Positions 9,026 to 17,295 of a stretch of DNA of 20,000 nt are shown here, one piece after another. The first letter of the stretch is position 1. Every line of letters starts with the position of its first letter. The notes beneath the pieces are model-generated. The model worked only from the letters and a program-made list of their open reading frames with translations, was not told where the DNA came from and searched no databases. Origin of the DNA: an uncultured virus (IMG/VR IMGVR_UViG_3300035698_024194) (Duplodnaviria; Heunggongvirae; Uroviricota; Caudoviricetes); IMG/VR virus record IMGVR_UViG_3300035698_024194; one strand, written 5' to 3'. The translations under genes and the position numbers were made by a program.

Positions 9026-9727
9026 TTATTTACCTATCTTCAGAAAGAATACTTTATTTTTTGTACGAAAAATCCCATTATCAATATAGAAAAATTTATC
9101 TTTAAGTATCACTGGTGGCTCATTTACTCTTGATATATTCTCCACTGGCGTGTGTCCAAATACAAAAGTTGTGTTTTTATAAATAGGAAGAATTTTAGGT
9201 TGATAATCAGACTTCTTTAATTTTTGAAGAAAATTGTCAGAATCATATATTAGATTGAGTTTACTTTGTGCTTGAGGAGATTTGTTTGTTTGCCATGAAG
9301 CGTGCGACATGATCCAATCAATAGTACCTATCTTTTCGTGATAATACCACCTCAATTTTTCAGTCATATCAATAAATTGTTTATATGTATATGTACCATT
9401 TTCAATTTCTTCTATAACAATATTAGCTATATTTTTATTTTTTGTGTATCCCGCATGTCCACCAAACCACGCCCACATTTTATTAGTATTTCCTGAATCA
9501 AATCTCCTCAAAACCTCATTTCTCATTCGCGCTTCACTGTTCCCGATTACAAATACATATTTTGGATTATCAATATTATCAAACATAAATTTTAGGCATT
9601 CTCGTTGCTCTCTGCCTTTATTAAAAAAATCACCAAGAATAATAAGTTTTTTAAATCCACTAGGAATACTTCTTTTGAATTTTGTAAAACATGCGTGTAC
9701 ATCACTAATTACAAAAATTCCACCCAT
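9026..9727 (-). CDS. Calcineurin-like metallophosphoesterase (PPP-like) with atypical catalytic motifs
   Basis: ISDVHAC, LGDFFNKG, IGNSE, SHAS, FGHTP, IDNG in canonical order. Confidence 0.88.
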   Translation of the reverse strand: MGGIFVISDVHACFTKFKRSIPSGFKKLIILGDFFNKGREQRECLKFMFDNIDNPKYVFVIGNSEARMRNEVLRRFDSGNTNKMWAWFGGHAGYTKNKNIANIVIEEIENGTYTYKQFIDMTEKLRWYYHEKIGTIDWIMSHASWQTNKSPQAQSKLNLIYDSDNFLQKLKKSDYQPKILPIYKNTTFVFGHTPVENISRVNEPPVILKDKFFYIDNGIFRTKNKVFFLKIGK

Positions 9728-10527
9728 TATATATACGCCTTAATAAGAGTTAAATTTAATTTTCTTATTTTCCAAGCATCTTTCATTTTTTGTCGAATTG
9801 TCTCAGTATGTTTTTTACCATAATATCCATTTTTTTCACCCATTATACTTTTACTTATATTATTTCTCCATTCAATTGTAATTTTTCGATTTTTAAGTTT
9901 TTTACATGTTTCTTTTGAAATAATACGAGTCTTCTGAAATTCAGAATTTTGTTTTCTTGTTTCTTTTGAATGGTGTTTTCCATAAAATGAATTTTTTTCT
10001 CCTACACGTAATTTAGCAGCATCACTACATTTTTTCTTAGTTTCTTCTGAAAGAATTCTACCTGTAGAAGCAATACTTATTTTTTCCCGAGTTTCAATAC
10101 TTAATTTACGACCTGTGCAGCTTCTGCTTCTTTTTCGTTTTTGTTCTTCATTATATTTATAACCTGATGTACCTTCTCCTCCATCAGTCATATTTGTTAA
10201 AGATCCTAATTTTAAATCATTTCTACCTATCATCCATATTAACCATATTTCAAGATCAAAAGCTTCTTGTTCTTTTAAATCTTCTTCAACTTTTAAAATT
10301 ATAGGTTCTAAATTTTCTTTTAAAATTTTTCTAATCTTATTTAATTTATGTTGATTATATTTTTCAAAATTGGTTTTAGCTTCCCTCAAATGAGCACTTG
10401 ATTGTATCCCTTTTCCTTTACCTACATAGAAAGGTTCATATTCAAACTTATATTTTCCATATGTAAATATCCCCTTACATCGAGGATCTAAATAAATATA
10501 AGTATAAAATTTCCTTTCCTCGCTCAT
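9727..10527 (-). CDS. Free-standing GIY-YIG homing endonuclease with NUMOD3 repeats
   Basis: FYTYIYLDPR...PFYVGKG, LTNMTDGGEG, GEKNSFYGKHHSKETRK, GEKNGYYGKKHTETIRQKM. Start placed at ATG 10527 after AAGGGAG, avoiding a 65-nt overlap. Confidence 0.88.
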   Translation of the reverse strand: MSEERKFYTYIYLDPRCKGIFTYGKYKFEYEPFYVGKGKGIQSSAHLREAKTNFEKYNQHKLNKIRKILKENLEPIILKVEEDLKEQEAFDLEIWLIWMIGRNDLKLGSLTNMTDGGEGTSGYKYNEEQKRKRSRSCTGRKLSIETREKISIASTGRILSEETKKKCSDAAKLRVGEKNSFYGKHHSKETRKQNSEFQKTRIISKETCKKLKNRKITIEWRNNISKSIMGEKNGYYGKKHTETIRQKMKDAWKIRKLNLTLIKAYI

Positions 10528-10534
10528 AACTCCC

Positions 10535-11080
10535 TTATACACTTTTTTGAAGAAGTTTAACTTTATCTTTAATTTTTCGTATTTCAATTTTATAATCATT
10601 TTTACAAGAAACAGGATTAATATGACGATTACATTTATTCATTCTATTTCCAAGAGCAATCATTGTATCTTGATATGCTTTTATTTTTGTTTTAACAAGA
10701 CATTTTGTTAAGGCGTCTCCACGAAATCTTTTACATCCATCAATATATTTTTTAGCAATCATTTTATAAAACATCACAGACAACGTACCTGCCGCCATTA
10801 TACCTGCTCCAACTTTTCCTGTTTTTGCAGTTTTTGGATACTTAACAGCAGCATCTCTTATTTTATTATTTATATTTTTATATGCTCCATATAATGTCTG
10901 CTCATCTAATTTATGTAATTTATTTTTACCGCCTGTAATCACACGAATTAATTGTTCATCCGTTGCTTCATTTAAAACAAATAATTTCAATCCACAGGGA
11001 TCTGATTTTTCTTCTATTATATCTACAAGTGTTGATCTTATAATAGGAATAAGATCAACACCATCAATTATTAAATTCAT
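10535..11080 (-). CDS. Putative membrane-anchored Cys-motif protein, paralog 3
   Basis: Hydrophobic helix VGAGIMAAGTLSVMFYK, then C...C...CNRHINPVSC. Confidence 0.75.
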   Translation of the reverse strand: MNLIIDGVDLIPIIRSTLVDIIEEKSDPCGLKLFVLNEATDEQLIRVITGGKNKLHKLDEQTLYGAYKNINNKIRDAAVKYPKTAKTGKVGAGIMAAGTLSVMFYKMIAKKYIDGCKRFRGDALTKCLVKTKIKAYQDTMIALGNRMNKCNRHINPVSCKNDYKIEIRKIKDKVKLLQKSV

Positions 11081-11092
11081 AATAAAATCTTC

Positions 11093-11569
11093 TTAATTCA
11101 ATTGAGCTTTAGCGTCTATTATTGTACCTTTGTTTTGAGCTATCTTTACCTTACATGCTCCCATTTTCTTAATAACAAGTTTTCTACATTTTTCAGGATC
11201 TTTAGTATTTTTACATTTAGCAAGCATTGGTTTATAAAGTTTTAATTGTGCAATTTGTTCTTTCATTTTACAACTAGCAACACATAATTGTTTTCCAGCA
11301 GTATTAACTACAGCATCCATAACATTATAACTACATTTACGAACACATTTACTTGCAGCTATTTGAATACCTTTATATAATGCCCAAGCACTAGGAAAAA
11401 ATAAAAATAATCCAACAACACTCCATACGGTATTTGAAGTTACACTTTCTTTTAATATAAGTTTTCTAATTTCTTTCTCGTTCATTGAATGAAGACGTTC
11501 TAATAATGTAACATTAGGATTATCTTTAAGAGATATATATTCTACTAACAACTTTTTTATGCTTGCCAT
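11093..11569 (-). CDS. Putative membrane-anchored Cys-motif protein, paralog 2
   Basis: Helix VWSVVGLFLFFPSAWALYK, then CxxxC...CxxxC...CKNTKDPEKC; SD AAGGAG. Confidence 0.75.
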   Translation of the reverse strand: MASIKKLLVEYISLKDNPNVTLLERLHSMNEKEIRKLILKESVTSNTVWSVVGLFLFFPSAWALYKGIQIAASKCVRKCSYNVMDAVVNTAGKQLCVASCKMKEQIAQLKLYKPMLAKCKNTKDPEKCRKLVIKKMGACKVKIAQNKGTIIDAKAQLN

Positions 11570-11593
11570 TTTAAATACTCCTTATTTAATTTA

Positions 11594-12379
11594 CTATTCT
11601 TTTAATTTGGCCATATTAGCTTCATGTTTACTTATAGCCTTTGAGTATCTAGATTTGCAGTCCATAGGATTTCCTGCTCTATTACATTGGCTAACAGCTG
11701 TTCTTAATGCTCGTACAGCTTCTCTTTCAGCATTTAATTTTATATTTGTTATACATTGTTTAAAATCACTACCAATTTTACCAGCACATCTTTTAGCATT
11801 AGCTGATAAGAATTTTTTATAAACCCAAGAAGAAGCTCCAGCTACTGCTACTGATCCAGCTACCCACTTACCATATTTAGAAACATTAGGATGAGATTTT
11901 AAATAAGATTTAACTCCACTATTCATTCTATTATACATTTTCAAGAAAGATGCTTTTGCTTCCGCAGATTTTTCTTTTACTCCTTCTTCAAGCAATTCAT
12001 CGACATGTTCAAGCAATTCAGTTTTTTCTTCTACACTAAGTTTAAATGATTCACATACATCCACCATTTCTTGTTGAAACTTATCTTCATGCTCTACTAC
12101 TTCATTTCCTTCTAAAAGCTCAGGATACATATTTTCTAATTCATTTACAATACCTGATACAGCAAATGCTTCAAGAACATCGCCAGGAAGATATTTTTCC
12201 TGTCTACGTGTATTAAATACTAAATTAAGCATTTGTTCGTATGTTGCATCTTCACGAATAAATTGAGCAGTCTCTAAAAGAGCTTCTCCAAAATATTGTG
12301 GATCTTGTTTACATTCACCTAAAAGAAATGATCGCATAACATAAATTAAATCATTTCTATCATTTTCATTGAGTATCAT
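11594..12379 (-). CDS. Putative membrane-anchored Cys-motif protein, paralog 1, with acidic N-terminal half
   Basis: Glu-rich N-half, helix WVAGSVAVAGASSWVYKK, then C...C...CNRAGNPMDC; SD GGAGG. Confidence 0.78.
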   Translation of the reverse strand: MILNENDRNDLIYVMRSFLLGECKQDPQYFGEALLETAQFIREDATYEQMLNLVFNTRRQEKYLPGDVLEAFAVSGIVNELENMYPELLEGNEVVEHEDKFQQEMVDVCESFKLSVEEKTELLEHVDELLEEGVKEKSAEAKASFLKMYNRMNSGVKSYLKSHPNVSKYGKWVAGSVAVAGASSWVYKKFLSANAKRCAGKIGSDFKQCITNIKLNAEREAVRALRTAVSQCNRAGNPMDCKSRYSKAISKHEANMAKLKE

Positions 12380-12428
12380 TTTTTATATCCTCCATACTAA
12401 TTTATAATCAAATAAAGTACATAACCTC

Positions 12429-12442
12429 TTTATTTTTTGTTC
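12429..12442 (-). promoter_or_regulatory. Candidate promoter motif GAACAAAAAATAAA
   Basis: Intergenic, begins 63 nt upstream of start 12379. Confidence 0.45.
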
Positions 12443-12461
12443 AATATACTACATGAGAAGG

Positions 12462-13550
12462 TTACTCGTTTAATTCACTAAGTGCCTTTATAAGACATCC
12501 TTGAGCGACTGCAGCAAGAGGATCATCTGCAGGTCTAATTTCTTTTACATTAACTGGAAATCCTTCAAACGACTCAAATGTATTTCTAAAAAAGTCAATA
12601 AAACCTGTTGCAAGGCTTGTGCCACCAGATACAATTATAGGAAGTTCTTCTGGTATTTCAACTGACTCTGCAATTTCTTCAAATTTCTTACTTGTAAGAC
12701 TAAGAGAGTAATTAATTAAACTTTCATAATAATACATAATAGCTTCACGAATTCTTTTCTCTTTCTTATCGCCTTTATTAAAATCCATTAAATCAGTACC
12801 TTTTTCTTTTAATGCTGTAACACGCCCTAATGCTTTAATTCCTAATGATGTTGCTGCATTCTGATCAATCCAATCTCCCCCACGAGTCACAGAAAATGAT
12901 AATGCTGGGTTTCTTCTATATGCTAAACATATATTAGTCATACCTGAACCATAATCAATCGCAATCCCTGAAAACTTTTCTTCTTCACATTGAGAATATA
13001 TAACCGCTAATGATTGACTTAAAGAAATTGCTTTATAACCCAACTGAGTAATTATTCTTCCAAACACTCTCTCGTGATATATAACTGATAAATCAGAATC
13101 AATAGGAGTTGCGGGAACAGAATATACACATATGTCCCCCTTACTTCCTTTACCTATCATATTAGAAATCATAAGTTTAAGAACATCAATTGAATCAATT
13201 TCAGAAGTGGATATTAATCCTTTTTCCATACATCTTCTAGGAGATCCTCCAAATATATTTGAATATCTATAAGCATGTTCTCCAATTATAAATGTAGAAT
13301 CATCTCCCTTTATATGATCAATATCTGTTAAATCTGCATCATCATTATTGCCTACAGTAAGAAACATATTACGAGTAGTAGACATTTCAGTTTTTTCAGT
13401 TTTTACATCATGTACAGCAGCAACAAGATTCATCGTTCCTACATCTAATCCTACTACTTTTTTACCCATTTTAGTCTCCTCTTTATTTTGCAAATCAATA
13501 ATTCCATCATCTTTAGTTTCAACAAATGGTATACCAGCGTTTTTTGTCAT
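12462..13550 (-). CDS. Actin-like ATPase (MreB/FtsA superfamily, volactin-like)
   Basis: Phosphate-1 GLDVGTMN, phosphate-2 AIDYGSGMTN, RGGDWID, adenosine IIVSGGTS, connect-2 DPLAAVAQG. Second in-frame ATG at 13469 has its own AGGAG. Confidence 0.92.
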   Translation of the reverse strand: MTKNAGIPFVETKDDGIIDLQNKEETKMGKKVVGLDVGTMNLVAAVHDVKTEKTEMSTTRNMFLTVGNNDDADLTDIDHIKGDDSTFIIGEHAYRYSNIFGGSPRRCMEKGLISTSEIDSIDVLKLMISNMIGKGSKGDICVYSVPATPIDSDLSVIYHERVFGRIITQLGYKAISLSQSLAVIYSQCEEEKFSGIAIDYGSGMTNICLAYRRNPALSFSVTRGGDWIDQNAATSLGIKALGRVTALKEKGTDLMDFNKGDKKEKRIREAIMYYYESLINYSLSLTSKKFEEIAESVEIPEELPIIVSGGTSLATGFIDFFRNTFESFEGFPVNVKEIRPADDPLAAVAQGCLIKALSELNE

Positions 13551-13925
13551 TTATTCCTCCTTGAGAGATTTAGCACTTGCTGCAAAATCTTTCGATGTAG
13601 TAGTTGTAATATTATCGTTTTGAGTATTTATAACTAATTCAGTATCATCAATGGTAGGAATAAACTCAGGACTTTGTTCAATAGAATTAGCTTCGATTGG
13701 TATATTCGCAGTCCCTATTTGTTTTTCAATTATAATTTGTTTACTTCCTAACTGGGTTTGTTGCTCAATAGCTTCTCTATTTTCACGTGTAGCTTTTTTA
13801 ATGTCTTTCAAATTTATGTTTACTTCATCCATTTTATTAGATAAATCACCAAGAAATTGAGACATCATATTTATTACTTTAAGAGTAGAAGCTTTTTCCT
13901 CTAGGAGGGTTTGAATTAATTTCAT
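13551..13925 (-). CDS. Hypothetical protein: coiled-coil N-half, low-complexity C-half
   Basis: Start placed at ATG 13925 (MKLIQTLLEE), avoiding overlap; stop directly abuts the actin-like gene start. Confidence 0.7.
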   Translation of the reverse strand: MKLIQTLLEEKASTLKVINMMSQFLGDLSNKMDEVNINLKDIKKATRENREAIEQQTQLGSKQIIIEKQIGTANIPIEANSIEQSPEFIPTIDDTELVINTQNDNITTTTSKDFAASAKSLKEE

Positions 13926-13944
13926 TGTTGACCACCATATTCTT

Positions 13945-14427
13945 TTAATGAAACGTAACATTTGGATTTTTCTTTTTATAATATTCAGTTTCTAATTCAT
14001 CCATAAGTTGATCTTTTTGCATTTTAAATTGTTCATCTTGAAATTTATTAGCCGCTTCCTGTCCATGATAAATCACAGGAAGTCCTTCTTCATCTATTTC
14101 TTGTTTAGATAAATAAAAATTCGGAAGAAAATCAAGTTCACTAATTCCACTAAGATGTAATATATTAACAAGATTAACAGCACCAAGAGGTTCAATATTT
14201 ACAGAAAGACTAATCAAATACATCTCTCTTTCTTCATTCCACATAATATGAACAACTCCCCTAATAACCAATGCTTGTGAAAGTTCTACTATATTAAAAT
14301 CTTTTGCTTCATACCCCAATTCGTATTGAAGTATTGAAATTATTAATTCTAATTTTTCTAGCCACGTTATGGCTGATTCAAATAGAGGTCTCCACTTAGT
14401 AGCATCGGGTATAGGGCGAGTATCCAT
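13945..14427 (-). CDS. Hypothetical acidic protein (160 aa)
   Basis: ORF with AAGGA upstream; no motif recognised. Confidence 0.7.
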   Translation of the reverse strand: MDTRPIPDATKWRPLFESAITWLEKLELIISILQYELGYEAKDFNIVELSQALVIRGVVHIMWNEEREMYLISLSVNIEPLGAVNLVNILHLSGISELDFLPNFYLSKQEIDEEGLPVIYHGQEAANKFQDEQFKMQKDQLMDELETEYYKKKNPNVTFH

Positions 14428-14446
14428 TAATTTGTCCTTTTAAATG

Positions 14447-16375
14447 TTAAGCCGCGTTTTCTTTTTTAGAATCTTCTAAGTAATTAAATTTTCTATTAGG
14501 GAAATCACAATCTCTTCTTGCTTGATTCCAATTTTTAACATCTGTAAAATATCCAACAACACGAGTATAATTATTAACAATTTTTCCACCACACATAGGA
14601 CATACCTTATCTGTCGATTTACCTAAACTTATATGTTCATTTTCACATATATTAAATGATGGATTTAATGCAAAATGTTCTAATCCACATTCAACAGCAT
14701 ATTTAATAAGATCTTCCATTTGTTGTGGAGTAGCAGCACACCCAATATTTAAATGACATATTGACCCTCCTGTCATACTTGCACATAGTTGCCCATCGAT
14801 GTTTGCTCTATCAATAAGATCAACATCTTCAAATAGTGGTACAAATTGATTACTATACAATTGATATGGATAATTTTCATCGTTAAAATATATTTTATCT
14901 TGTTTAGCTAATGTTGATGCCGCACCCTCACCTGGTATTTGTTCTAGGTTAAATGCTACACCATCTTCTTTTGAATATCCTTCTAGTTTCTTTTCAATAA
15001 ATGAAAAAACTTTTTTAGCAAAATCAATACCTTCAGGAGTTGTTATATTATAACCCATTTCTTTTAATGATTCCCACAATGCAATAATACCAACAGTACT
15101 AAACATACGTTCAAGAATAAGCCAATCCATTTTGAAAAATTTTAAAAATCCTTGTGCAATTCTTATTTCAAGAATCTTTCTTTGACATAATAATAATTTT
15201 CTTGACTCTTCAAGTCGTTGTTCAAGAAGTGCAAAGTACTTAGTTTCATATCTTTCTGATTCACGCCCTATTCTTGCAAGATTCAATGTTACAACTCTTG
15301 CGCTACCTAATGATAAACCAGCATTACCAAATGAGTCAAATCTAGAATATTCTTTCATCATTTCTGTATTATTAACCATTCTGCAACAAGATGCTAATTT
15401 AGCTGCTCCACGTGTAATATAAATATTAAATATACCTTCCTTATTATAAATACAAGCATCACGAAGAAAATTTTTATCAATTATATCGCCTTCAGGAGTT
15501 GAATGAATATTTAAAGTAGTAACAGGAAACCTATAAGGAAGCCCGCTAGTAGGATCTTTTTCAGCCATAAACTCAAGAAATATATTTTGAAGTTGAATTA
15601 CATATTCAATATCAGCTTTAGATCCATCAGGATTAGTCCAATCCTTAAATGTAGTTTCAAGTACATGTCTATCCATAATTGAAACATTTGTAAATGCACT
15701 TTGCCCACCAATCCTATATGTTTGATTAAGCGAATGAATAATTCTTTGGTAATCATTTTTTATTCTCTTTTTATTTTCTACTGGATCAACTCCATCTTTC
15801 TTATAATAATATTGAAGACATACAAAAAGGTCAGGAATTGCTAATGCTCCAGCTTGTTCGTGCGCAATATCAAAAACACTTTCAATCAATACTGCGATAA
15901 ATGAATCACTTCTTTTGGGAGGTTTTGATTGTAGTTGGCCATATGGGCGCCCTACCATAATATTAGCTGCTGACCATGCCCAACAATAAGGAATTGAAAC
16001 TCCAGCATTTCCAGAAAGATCATGAAAATATAATCCTCCTGTAATAAGTTCATTTAAACAAGTATCTGCAGTTTCATCATCATATAACTTAGTCATTTGT
16101 TTATGAATTAATGCTAATGAATTTACTTTGTTTAACCCCTTATACACTTCTGCTATAAAGTGATTGGGAGATTTTGATTTTGATCCAACATTTGCATTTA
16201 CATCAATGGTTCTATCTCCCTCTTCCTCTGAAAAATACAGTCTTCCCATTGATGCTGGATCTAGTTTATCTCTGGATATTCCCATCATTTCCAAATACTT
16301 TTTTCCCTTATCAGTATAAGTAAAATGATTATATAGATCCACAAATCGTTTATCGTATGACATCTCTAATCTCAT
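14447..16375 (-). CDS. nrdD: Anaerobic (class III) ribonucleoside-triphosphate reductase, no N-terminal ATP cone
   Basis: LYFHDL, PYC, FTNVSIMD, FPVTT, ASCCR, EQIPGE, Zn site CENEH..CPMCG, glycyl-radical motif YTRVVGYF. Confidence 0.95.
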   Translation of the reverse strand: MRLEMSYDKRFVDLYNHFTYTDKGKKYLEMMGISRDKLDPASMGRLYFSEEEGDRTIDVNANVGSKSKSPNHFIAEVYKGLNKVNSLALIHKQMTKLYDDETADTCLNELITGGLYFHDLSGNAGVSIPYCWAWSAANIMVGRPYGQLQSKPPKRSDSFIAVLIESVFDIAHEQAGALAIPDLFVCLQYYYKKDGVDPVENKKRIKNDYQRIIHSLNQTYRIGGQSAFTNVSIMDRHVLETTFKDWTNPDGSKADIEYVIQLQNIFLEFMAEKDPTSGLPYRFPVTTLNIHSTPEGDIIDKNFLRDACIYNKEGIFNIYITRGAAKLASCCRMVNNTEMMKEYSRFDSFGNAGLSLGSARVVTLNLARIGRESERYETKYFALLEQRLEESRKLLLCQRKILEIRIAQGFLKFFKMDWLILERMFSTVGIIALWESLKEMGYNITTPEGIDFAKKVFSFIEKKLEGYSKEDGVAFNLEQIPGEGAASTLAKQDKIYFNDENYPYQLYSNQFVPLFEDVDLIDRANIDGQLCASMTGGSICHLNIGCAATPQQMEDLIKYAVECGLEHFALNPSFNICENEHISLGKSTDKVCPMCGGKIVNNYTRVVGYFTDVKNWNQARRDCDFPNRKFNYLEDSKKENAA

Positions 16376-16861
16376 TTAAACGCCTCCTTGATTGATACTT
16401 AAAGTTTTAGGATCTGTTAAAACCCCATTAAGAAATATTCGCTGATTCGCTGAAGCAGGAAAACCTATCTGAAATTGTTCGTCTATATACTTTCCGTCGA
16501 TAATAATATCAATCAAGTTACGTATATCATCCGATAATTTCTCGAATTCATATCCTGTGTATAATATTGTTTTTAAACCATATTCTTTACATGTTGATGT
16601 TAATTTTATAACTGCTTCTTCTTGTAAAATTGGTTCGCCGCCACAGAAGCAAACACTTGTAATTAACTTGCGTGAATTTTTTATCTTCTCCTTTATTTCT
16701 GTTATATTTACTAATTTCCCATTTTGTGCATCCCAACTTCTTACATTTTGACAATTAAAGCATTTATGATGACACCCGCAAAAAAATATTGTTAAACAGA
16801 TTCCTTCTAATTGCGGGTCATCATTAAGTACAACCTGTGTTCCTAATATATTAATTTCCAT
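16376..16861 (-). CDS. nrdG: Anaerobic RNR activating enzyme (radical SAM)
   Basis: GCHHKCFNCQN (CxxxCxxC), GGEP, YTGY, DIIIDGKY, SANQRI; adjacent to nrdD. Confidence 0.93.
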   Translation of the reverse strand: MEINILGTQVVLNDDPQLEGICLTIFFCGCHHKCFNCQNVRSWDAQNGKLVNITEIKEKIKNSRKLITSVCFCGGEPILQEEAVIKLTSTCKEYGLKTILYTGYEFEKLSDDIRNLIDIIIDGKYIDEQFQIGFPASANQRIFLNGVLTDPKTLSINQGGV

Positions 16862-17241
16862 TATTTCCCTTTAGCCCATATCCACATTTTCGGATCTTTT
16901 TTAGTTCGTATTAACCAATATGTGCCTCTTATTTTTGATCCTTTAAAATGAACTCCTATTTTATTCGGTTTCCACTCTAACAGAATACAAACTCCTTTAT
17001 CTAATATTGAAACTTTACCTCTACCATAACCATCTTTTATTATACCTTGAAAATTATAATAACTTAATGGGTGATCTTTTACCTGAACTGCTAATACAGG
17101 TTTACCTTTTGTTGGGAATTTGTGTTTAGGAATTGCCCATGATTTTAATTTGCCTTGATAGTAAATTCTTAAATCAAAATGGTGCCCGCTCGATGATTTT
17201 GCATAATGATCATGTATCACAAACCTTGTAGTTTTAGCCAT
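16861..17241 (-). CDS. Stand-alone LigD 3'-phosphoesterase (PE) domain protein
   Basis: FVIHDHYA..HHFDLRI..LKSWAIPK..LAVQVKDHPLSYYNFQGII..GYGRGKVSILDKG follows the LigD-N consensus. Confidence 0.9.
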   Translation of the reverse strand: MAKTTRFVIHDHYAKSSSGHHFDLRIYYQGKLKSWAIPKHKFPTKGKPVLAVQVKDHPLSYYNFQGIIKDGYGRGKVSILDKGVCILLEWKPNKIGVHFKGSKIRGTYWLIRTKKDPKMWIWAKGK

Positions 17242-17282
17242 ACGTAATTCCTAACTCCAATTTTAAAAAATAAATTTATTTA

Positions 17283-17295
17283 CACATATTTGTTC
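17283..17295 (-). promoter_or_regulatory. Candidate promoter motif GAACAAATATGTG
   Basis: In the 145-nt intergenic gap, begins 54 nt upstream of start 17241. Confidence 0.4.

Noticed and set aside
9727..10599. Group I intron around the endonuclease, and the longer start at 10599
   Set aside because: Flanking genes are complete and unrelated, with no non-coding room for a ribozyme; the 10599 start overlaps the upstream gene by 65 nt.
7227..16375. Inteins in RecA or NrdD
   Set aside because: Core motifs are at normal spacing and no C...HN-[CST] splice junctions were seen.
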